From Phallusia mammillata (taxonomy: Eukaryota), in assembly GCA_965637545.1 (NCBI GenBank), contig OZ281498.1, forward strand, positions 13,082,001 through 13,146,000: DNA of 64,000 nt, given 5' to 3'. Positions 55,339-64,000 of the stretch are shown here, piece after piece. Both the position numbers and the translations under genes were made by a program. Numbering within the stretch: position 1 is the first letter of the stretch; every line of letters starts with the position of its first letter. Below the pieces are notes generated by a model. That model was given only the letters and a program-made list of their open reading frames with translations, had not been told where the DNA came from and did not search any database.

Positions 55339-58300
55339 ATGGTAAAATTTTGGTAACATAAAGTTTGGTTGTGGTTAGTGGCATAAATGCATACAAACAT
55401 TATTATCTTTTTTAGAGATTTCGGTTTTGTGGAGATCTAGATTGCCCCGACTGGGTTTTGGCAGAAATCAACATATTGGCAAGATTGGTAACTATCAACA
55501 TTGTTATCACCATACAGTTGTTAAATCAATTTATCAATATTGAACCAAGCATTTTTCCACATGACAACAATTTAAGCTACACTTGTTGTAAACACTTCTT
55601 TTTACTGGAAGAAACCATTGTAATTTTAAACAAGGGTACAAAACCTGTTGTCCAACATACAATTATATTTTATTGGTGACATGTATATCAAAATATACTA
55701 CAGGTGGTCTTGAATTAATAGAAATCTTGCCAAAATTTTGCTGGTAAACTGATGTGAGAAGAGTTTTTTTGCCCTGCATTGGTGTTCATATTACCACCTG
55801 ATGATAGTACTATTCTTTCACCAGGAAAAATGTTAGGAAACAGGAGGAACCTGTGATATTCACAGTCAAAAACATAAAGATTATTCACTCTTTATAAGAG
55901 AAACCTAATTACCCACCATTTACACATCAAAGAAAATGATATTGATTTTACTTATTTGTAGACATCTGTCAAAATGAAATTACTCGTTACTCAAGTGATA
56001 AAAGGGCTTCTGGAGGAAGGAATTGATGTAAGCTCAATGTTGTTACTATTTTCAAAGTGTTAAACACCATTTCACATTTTATTTTAAGAAAGAAATGTTA
56101 CGTGGGTGCCACTGTTGAAAGTAAAAAACAACAATTATCAATATGGGTGTCCTTTCTTGAAGGGGACACATCTTGATTTCACTCAGTTTTTTTGTCCTCT
56201 TTTCTGATTTGCTTTAGACTTTAATGGATTTGGATGAAACTTTCACAGATCGATTTCTTTTGACTTAATAACCCTTAAAGCCTCCAAAGTGTAAACGCTT
56301 TTGTGTGTTGCTGGGCAACGCAAATAAAAGGTTTCTGTGGTGTAATAGTGCCATAAAGGCAACCAGGCATATGTTACATGTGTTTGTGTATTGCTTAGTT
56401 CAGTGCTTCCCAACCTTTTCCAGCTCGCAGCCCACTTAAAAAAAATTTTGTTTGGCGGACCACCGTTTAATATTGCTACAAAACCACAACGGAAAGAGAA
56501 CTAAAATTGAGACAGAAAAATAATAACCGCACAAGCAATACTTCTGTCAATGCAAAGCCTGAGCTTGCTGATTTGATGTGATGAGATCACTACAACTTTC
56601 TGGGATTTTTTTTATTTTCTTTAATTTTCTTGATTTTTCTTTAAAAAAAAAACTATCCATTTTGTAGCTACGCAAAGACCAAATAAAGCTAATAGAGACA
56701 GTTCTAGCATCAAGATTTTACAACTAGTGCAAGTACTGTTGTGACTCGACAGTCGCAGTTTGGTTGTGTAATAAAGCTTTGTTTAATGTGAAATCTTATG
56801 TTCATAGTGGCTAATATTATAAATTTTTTAAAGTGGTTAAATTTAAAAGTACGTTCACACAAACTGTGTAACTTTTTTAACTTCTACATTGGTATGGTAA
56901 TAGTTTGAAAAGTTGGCGGCCCACTAGAAAGTTCGTCGCGGACCACCAGTGGGCCGCGGCCCACCGGTTGGGAAGCTCTGGCTTAGTGCACGTTTTTGCA
57001 GGGTTGTTTAACAGCTTATGTCATCAGAAGCATTGACAAATATTGCTCAAAACACCTCTATTGATCAAAATTTTAAACATTGGCCGATTTGCATAAAAAT
57101 CTACAGGATTGCAGTTTAGGTTATTGTGGAAATTTTTAAACGATGTCAAAATTGGATAAAATTGGGACAGTTTGCAGAATATGCAATTTTTAGGTGTCAA
57201 TTGTAAAGTTTTACCTTGAAGCCCTAATATTTACCCCATAACCACTAAAAAAATGTTGGGTGAATGTTTGAAACAATGCCAGAATTTGAGACTGGACAGT
57301 TTGTACCTTCTATAGCATGGTTATTTTAGCTAATAAATATCTCCAAATTTGATTATCTCAGAATTTGCATTGTTTACAACTTTGCATATTTGGGGACCCA
57401 TGAGTTTCTGATTTCAGAAACAAATGAAATTAGAAAACATTGGCTACTGTGAGACCCAATATAAATATATGAATGTTTTAAAATAAGTTATAGTGTATGC
57501 GCATAAGCAATAGATGCTAAGCCACCCTTCTAGTTTTATAATATTTTCGTTTGGTGCTAGGTGCATGTAAAACATGAAAATAAGCATTTTGATCTATTTG
57601 TTATTGCAGTTTGAAAAAATAGAAAAGTTGACTGCAGATGCCAAATATGGTGAGTGCAAATAAAATATAGCTGGGAACATTTTAGTAGAACTGTTTTATC
57701 CATAAATATTCTTAGTAATAACTGTTGTTATTCTAACAACTCTACTTGTGAACTAGTCTTTTTAAATGTATTTGCCATTTTGTACATGTCTACCTAGTAG
57801 TAAATAGACTTAAAATTGCTGTGATATTTTTCTTGGAAAAGATATTGGAGATATAAAGGCCAGTGTTGCCGGACTGGAGTTTATTATTTCAAGTTCTGCA
57901 AAGCATGAAGTGGATGGAGAAACATTGTCAAATGAACTACAGCAGCTTGGTCTTCCAAAAGGTGACTATTGCTTATGGTTGCTTGCACACAATTTCTTTG
58001 AATATTATTGTCATATCTGCACACTATAAATTTGCAAAGTTAATGTCCATTACCCTTTTGTTAATTTTGCCCATAAATTGTGTTTTTTGCAGAACATTCA
58101 ACAGCATTGTGCAAAACTTATGAGTCAAGATCTGATGCCTTACAACAAGAACTACTTTCGAAAAGTTTTCGCAAAACTGCCAGCTTACAAGATGTAGATT
58201 GGAAAATAAACCCCATCCTACCTGGTCAGAAGGAACGCACAGTTGATGTCAGATTAATGGTTGGTACTATACAACAATACGTATTCAAGCCTAACTTGGT

Positions 58301-58624
58301 CACTAGTATAATTCTGTTGCCTTAAGTGAGCAGTAACTTGGTCACTTGTACTTTGTTTTGTTACAATAGATGGAAGATAGGTGCACAAAGCAGAAGGAGA
58401 TTATTGAATTTGTCGCAAATGAAAGCAAATTTCTGGTTCTTTTACATGGTAAGTGAAATAGTAAGCAGCATTGAAAAACATACATAAATCATGCACTACA
58501 ATGAATAGACACTAAAGAGTAAAGAAATAAAAACTAGTGTTGTATTAACTATTTTAATGCAAAAATACGTTTGATTTCAGAAATGAAAGTTATTCAGAGT
58601 CAAATGCAGCAAGTTGAGATTTGA
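55339..58624 (+). CDS. COMMD4: COMM domain-containing protein 4, 8 coding exons, about 196 aa
   Basis: Exons 55339-55341 (ATG only), 55416-55487 ([24 protein letters not shown]), 55962-56027, 57610-57649, 57842-57961 ([12 protein letters not shown]), 58093-58259, 58370-58448, 58581-58624; total 591 nt in frame. The N-terminus matches the COMMD4 signature [19 protein letters not shown]. Confidence 0.92.
56401..56980. mobile_element. Non-autonomous hAT-type DNA transposon (MITE) in COMMD4 intron 3
   Basis: 15-bp TIRs CAGTGCTTCCCAACC / GGTTGGGAAGCTCTG (14/15). 8-bp TSD GCTTAGTT / GCTTAGTG (7/8, central TA). Subterminal GCGG(A/C)CCAC repeats; no ORF. Confidence 0.85.
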
Positions 58625-58930
58625 TTGTATTCACCCATTCTTATCATTGTCTGTTGTTGGTTCCGTTCTTTTGTGCAAGTGCAATAAATTTTTCATTTAC
58701 AACTACATGTTACACGAAGAAGATAATCACGTTATGAAACAAGGCCTTTTTAATTATATTCCGCATATTCCACACTACTTTGGATTCATATGTACCATGG
58801 CTTGTTCCAGTAGCCGTGGCCTAGAGTTGTTTTTCCTGAACAAAGATTCAGTATGTTAGAAAACAATAAGATACCGTGGTAATACTCCCAATATGGTGTG
58901 TAATTTGAAATTAAACATAGCAGTCTAAAG

Positions 58931-59382
58931 CAGGGGTCCGCAAATAGCGGGTCGAGAGACCTTCCAGTCTGGGTCGCAAAATATTTCAAATTTTCCATGA
59001 ATATAAGCATCGCATCTATAGTATTAATGAACTTTCAGTATTTTCAACTTAATTATTATTGTATTGTTACATATGACTACGTAACTGTTATATACAGTCT
59101 ATGTAACAATACAATAAGTTAAGCGTACCTGCGCAAGCAGTCATGCTTTTCTGTTACCATTTTGCTGAATAAATACGTTCGTTTACATACTGTTTTACGT
59201 GCCGAGTTTCGCTTTATTTTGTGCAAGAATATAGCAACTGACAAAGGCATAATAGCAGTCTTAGTGTTGATATCTAGTTGCTTAGTATTTTCCACAAACT
59301 TACATGCTAACAAAATGCTTGGGTCGCGATAATTTAGAGCAATTTTTTTAGGGTCGCGCCAAAAAGCATTTGCGGACACCTG
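58931..59382. mobile_element. Non-autonomous hAT-type MITE
   Basis: TIRs CAGGGGTCCGCAAAT / ATTTGCGGACACCTG (14/15). TSD GTCTAAAG / GTCTCAAG (7/8). Subterminal GGGTCG repeats at both ends. Confidence 0.85.
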
Positions 59383-59508
59383 GTCTCAAGAACTAAATTA
59401 AACGACTGTGGTTCCCAAGCAGTTGCTTGGCCACTGTGAGCCAGTTTCAATTGTGCTGTATGCCCAGTTGTCGCATCGCACAGACTAGGTGATGCATGGG
59501 GTTGTACC

Positions 59509-60024
59509 CAGGGAGTCGAACCGCTTGTCATATGGGTCCAGGTTCGGTTCGGGTTCACTTCGTTTTGTTTTTAAGGGTTCGGGTTCGGTTCAGGTTTTTA
59601 AAAATGTTCGGGTTCGGGTTTTGTTCCGGTTTGGGCAAATTATCCGGTCCAAACCGGTTTGCGGTTTTTGAACCGGTTCAAATTTTCATTCGTTTCGATT
59701 TAATTTTACCCATCATCTACTTGGCCTTATCAAACTCCAAAATAATTTTGACCGTGCACTGTTATTTTTGACACGCCCTATAAGTGTTATCTAACGTGTT
59801 TTTCAGTGCGCTGTTTTGAAAAAAAATCACAAAATATAAAACTGACTGGATTGTTTTCTGGTTCAGTTCCGGTTCGGGTCCAACGCCAAACAAAAAATAG
59901 GGTTCAACTCCGGTTCGGGTTTTTTGAAAATCGTCATTAGCGGTTCGGGTTCGGTTCGGGTTTAATGAAATTAACCACTCAAACCGGTTCGCGGGTTCGG
60001 GTTCAGTTCCGGTTCGACTCCCTG
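59509..60024. mobile_element. Non-autonomous hAT-type MITE rich in GGTTCG(G) subterminal repeats
   Basis: Perfect 15-bp TIRs CAGGGAGTCGAACCG / CGGTTCGACTCCCTG. Perfect 8-bp TSD GTTGTACC at 59501-59508 and 60025-60032. Many GGTTCGGG/CCGGTT repeats inside. Confidence 0.9.
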
Positions 60025-60033
60025 GTTGTACCC

Positions 60034-60303
60034 CAGGGTTGCCAGGTTAAAATTTTGCAAATCGACCAGATCGTAGGCCAGAATCTCGTTCGAGACACGG
60101 CGCTTATCGCGATAGCGAAGAGAACAAAAAGGTCGGGACCGAAAAGCGTCAAATCCTGCTGAGAAGCGTGCTCGCTTGATGGAAGTGTGAGAACGCCCAA
60201 ACTTTCGGCCAGACGGCCAGACCGAAGTTTTTTCGCCCAAGGGCTCTGAATCAAGGCAAGAATGAGCGATTCTGGCCGAAAATAGGCCAACCTGGCAACC
60301 CTG
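60034..60303. mobile_element. Non-autonomous hAT-type MITE with CAGGGTTGCCA termini
   Basis: Perfect 15-bp TIRs CAGGGTTGCCAGGTT / AACCTGGCAACCCTG. TSD TTGTACCC (60026-60033) / TTGTAGCC (60304-60311), 7/8. Confidence 0.88.
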
Positions 60304-60561
60304 TTGTAGCCTACCCTGTTGCTCACCACAAACTGGAGTGCCGTTGGATGGCTACACTAGCCAATACGGCCGATCTCGTAAGACCACTAAATAAAAAAGT
60401 ATAAAACGCCAAATCACGAGATGTTATATCAATGAAAAGAAATTCGCGAAAGGTTTGTAATTGATGCCTTGATTTTCTCCACAGTAAGAATTCTCAAGTT
60501 AGGGCAAATACAGTCAGAACTTGATTATGGTTTCTACATGTAGACATGTTAATACTCCAAC

Positions 60562-62743
60562 TTACGACAAGCCCAAGACCCTTCTCAGTGAAGGCCATTT
60601 CAATTTTCTCTTCCTGGGAGTAGATGCTGTGATTATTATAGCGCTGGTGAGAAGTATTGGTCCTCCCAAAGCTTTTATTAACGTGTCGACTGTTTCCACG
60701 TTTCGGGACAAACCTAAACGAAAAGTTTAAAAACAAATATTTACTGGAAGATAACAGCTAGGTCACACTTTCTTGATGACGAGTATCAATGAAAGAAATT
60801 ATTTCTAGCTGACAAAATATGCAGTTAGTTTAGAAGTGTATTCAGAAAATTGGCTGCAATGTGATCTCGTACCATCATTTTGCGATGCAATTTTCTTGTC
60901 ATGAGAGGGTCGCTTTGAACCACCAGGACTCGGCAAACTTGAAGGTAGTGTTGGTAAAATATTGCTTTGTTGAGTAGATACAATGAAGTTTTGTAAAAGT
61001 TTTTTTGCCGCGTTCTGTCTTTTCAACATCTTGTCCATTCTTCTTATAGTGCCCACGAATTCCTCGTAGTCAATTAAGCCCGACTCGTTCTTTTTCGCAA
61101 ACCTATTTTAACGAAAAAAGTAACGCCCTAAATGACTACACCAGCAGTCCCCATCCTTTATCGACGAATTCCTCCCTTAACAATTCAAACCATTTTCATG
61201 CTACATTGTACATGATAAACCACACAAAGATCATTTAAAATTGGGCCTTTTATCAACTTCACAGGCTATAAGTTAACATCTCCTATAGGAGATACTTCGG
61301 TGATTTTCAAACTGAGAGTGGCGATGCCATGGTACGTATAGTTTAAATTTTCTAGGGCGTCGCACAAGTTTCGTAGCAAAACTCAGATGAGTTGCAAACA
61401 AAAATTCAAAAAAAAACAAAAAAAAAGAGTTTCGTGTTTCATTTCGTGATCCAGACTACAGACACCCTTATCCGACTACCACCATCTTGACATGTGCAAT
61501 TGGAATTATCACTTAATAATAATTTAATAAGATTTAACAAGAAATATCAATAACATTTTTTGCTTGTGCGTTAAATTTGGTATTAATCTATGCTGGTTCA
61601 AAGGTGTCGCATAGAAAAAAGTTTAAGAACGACCGTCCTACTTAATCATTTCATTAATTTCCTTTAGCGTCATTTCTTCACTGTGAGTCGTCAACATTCG
61701 GATGAGGTCGTCAGCCAGAATGAATCCGTCATCGTTGTGATCAAGGCATCTAAATGCCTCTCTGTCAAGTGTCACAAACATTTGTTGCACACATTGCACT
61801 TGCCTGTTTTGTAATAAAACTTTCAAAAAAACAAAAATTTATCAGTATGTTTCAAGTGGAGAAAAGATCCCTGATTCACATGGAATCCAAGGTTCAAAAC
61901 AATAGGAAAACAGTTTAATTAGTCAAAAGATGAATGATAAAATGTGCAAACCACTGATGCATTTTTACTGTCCTAAGTATAGATTTCTGTAGCCCACTTA
62001 TTATTAAGGTTACAGCTAGCATTCACAAACAGATCCATTTCAAACAGCTAGGTGTGGAAATGTGTGACGAGCAAAAAATACCGTAACTCTCCGTATTCTC
62101 CCCTCTCTTCGGTAATGTGTTCGATTAGCATGCAAAACTCGCTAAAGTCAAAGGTTGAATCTCCATCAACGTCCATTAATTGTGTAACTTCTTCTATTTC
62201 CTGAAGTGTAGGATTGTAGCCAAGAGCTCGCAAAGCCACATCCAAATCTCTGCCAAGAAAACAATCGATATCAATTCAGTCGAGCCGCAAATGCGGTGCA
62301 CTCTTTTTTAACACCAATCCCTTGTTGATACAGAGTTACTTTTTGTTTGTTGATGTATACATGGATTAACACAATTTTTACATGAGGGATTTTTCATTTT
62401 TAGAATTTGACAAACCACAACTTCTTTATCCTTTAAAAGGTTTAATGTTTGAGAACAATTTTCTGCGTTGGCTTGATTAGCCAGTCATTGTGTAATTAAA
62501 TAATTTCTAACAAGGATACTATAAATAATTCCCAACCCAATATCCATTGTTTTGGTATTGTCGATATCATAGAATTCAAAGATTTGTCGAAATTCGTCAA
62601 CATCTTCGCTTGAAAAACCCGAAATTCTTTTTGCGTCGTATTGTTCTTGTCGTTGTCTGACTCCATGATGAACTGATCTACCCGTCGGTCGCTTTGCACT
62701 CCCCAGTGGGGTCTTCGATCGATTGCCACGTCCAGAAACGTCT
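60562..62743 (-). CDS. Calmodulin/centrin-like four-EF-hand protein with basic N-terminal and long C-terminal extensions (5' end unresolved)
   Basis: Minus-strand exons 62537-62743, 62082-62249, 61642-61761, 60873-61102 and probable last exon 60562-60713; phases are consistent. EF loops: DIDNTKTMDIGD, DVDGDSTFDFSE, DHNDDGFILADD, KKNESGLIDYEE; also ALRALGYNPT. Without the last intron the ORF would instead end at the stop at 60805-60807. Confidence 0.8.
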
Positions 62744-63137
62744 CTGCAAATAATATGGCACACCTAATTAGCACTATTCCAGAACCAATGTTAATGTTAA
62801 GAAAGCTTTTCCTGCATAATAGGCTACAAACTTTTTGCAAATTTTGACACAAAATATTGTAACACCGCGTGTACATTCGCATATTTGCAGAAAAAGTTTA
62901 TTGCGCTAATTTGGGAAAGAACAGGATACGGCCGTTTAAACAAATGTTAAGTGATTATATGTGTGATCAGATTTATCCTTCCACAAAGTGCAACAACATT
63001 TAAACATCATGCTATTTTGTTTGTTTGACAATATTAGCTTATAAGCATTGGTTTTCCTTAAATTTCTGCTGGGTTCGGGAAACAAGTTAATTTACTTTCG
63101 ACATGAAATGATTATTTTCCTGTTTTTTGTAACATAC

Positions 63138-63216
63138 CCTGTCATCCAGCCCATAAAATCTATTAACTTGATATTCTGCCCACGAGATCTGTGCGTCATA
63201 ATGGTTCAATGTGCTA
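63138..63216 (-). CDS. Possible upstream exon of the EF-hand gene
   Basis: Good acceptor (tttttcctgtag) and donor (gtatgt) flank an open frame STLNHYDAQISWAEYQVNRFYGLDDR. It ends in phase 0 while the next exon needs phase 2, so an intervening exon is missing or the assignment is wrong. Confidence 0.3.
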
Positions 63217-64000
63217 CTACAGGAAAAACTGAATGCAAAACTTAAAGCAATACACAATATACAACACCTTCGCCAACTTTTCTTCGGGACTAACAAAACC
63301 AATACTAACACATTTACGGCACAGCCAACTAGTCGAACTGCTGCAGTAGCAGAGCTGCAACAATCACGCCGCTCTCTTGTGGCTAATCAAACTCATAGTT
63401 TGAAAATCTTATGATGGGAGAATTCGATCGGCTATACCAACGATTCGATTTTTGACCACCATCACAGTCATAAAGTGGCCCAATAAATAGATTATTATTA
63501 CTTTTGAAAATATTAATATTTCTGCTTACACTAGCATCGATTGACATTTACTAAGGTACGTCTTTCTATAATTGTTATGGAACGTTAAGCTATCCCTCAA
63601 ACGCCCGTCTGCAAAATAGATTTTTTTCCACCTATAGGTAATTTCCAAAAACAATCTTAATCTCGCAAGGATCTAACTTGGTTCCAACAATAGTGATTCG
63701 ACCATCTTCATTATGACGTCACGCTAATACATTTGTATTTCTACCAAACTGTGGTGTTATTAACGTTACATTCTAATCTCAGTTCTGTGGGTTTTAGGAT
63801 TGCTTTGGTCTTCGTTATCATCCTGACGTTTGTCTTGAGTGGACAAACGACAGTGCTCTAAAAATATTGCAGCTGATACGATTTTAGTATTTGCTCAGGT
63901 TAGAACTGTTTGGTACTTTTTTATAATAGTCAAAATACACGGTTTACGCTTGCAAATCGTGTTCGTAAAAGATTCGGTTTCAGCCTAATCGCAACAATGG

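Noticed and set aside
56146-56260. GTGTCCTTTC-TT-GAAGGGGACAC hairpin and downstream sequence reminiscent of a Kolobok-type transposon end
   Set aside because: No matching opposite terminus or TSD was found.
59405-59418. CTGTGGTTCCCAA, similar to a Charlie-type hAT terminus, between two MITEs
   Set aside because: No partner TIR or TSD; at most a fragment.
59509-60024. GGTTCG repeats considered as a CRISPR-like or telomere-like array
   Set aside because: Spacing is irregular, there are no unique spacers, and the repeats are fully enclosed by TIRs and a TSD; they are hAT subterminal repeats.
63786-63867. Candidate further upstream exon of the EF-hand gene
   Set aside because: The acceptor and phase are plausible, but there is no homology or start codon to support it.

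Overview
Eukaryotic, intron-rich, AT-rich animal DNA; every intron I mapped is GT-AG. The compact gene structure and the Eph cluster suggest an invertebrate chordate such as an ascidian, but that is inference only. Five protein-coding genes were reconstructed by hand. Three are Eph receptor tyrosine kinases: Eph-1 (+, 5'-truncated, 1950-6520), Eph-2 (+, complete, 20 exons, 9319-34632, about 1092 aa) and Eph-3 (-, complete, 20 exons, 54725-36837, about 1052 aa), with Eph-2 and Eph-3 tail-to-tail. The other two are COMMD4 (+, 55339-58624, head-to-head with Eph-3) and a calmodulin/centrin-like four-EF-hand gene (-, 5' end unresolved). Four non-autonomous hAT-type elements with TIRs and 8-bp TSDs are present, three of them packed into 1.4 kb. 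Three observations stand out. (1) Three kinase-exon tracts are 95-100% identical at the nucleotide level between the inverted paralogues Eph-2 and Eph-3, while neighbouring codons differ at most third positions; this points to gene conversion. (2) A TSD-flanked 63-bp-stem hairpin in the last Eph-3 intron carries a minimal hammerhead-ribozyme core, resembling a Penelope/retrozyme relic. (3) Two different hAT MITEs are inserted at target sites 1 bp apart. No prokaryote-type system, CRISPR array, rRNA or tRNA gene was seen.
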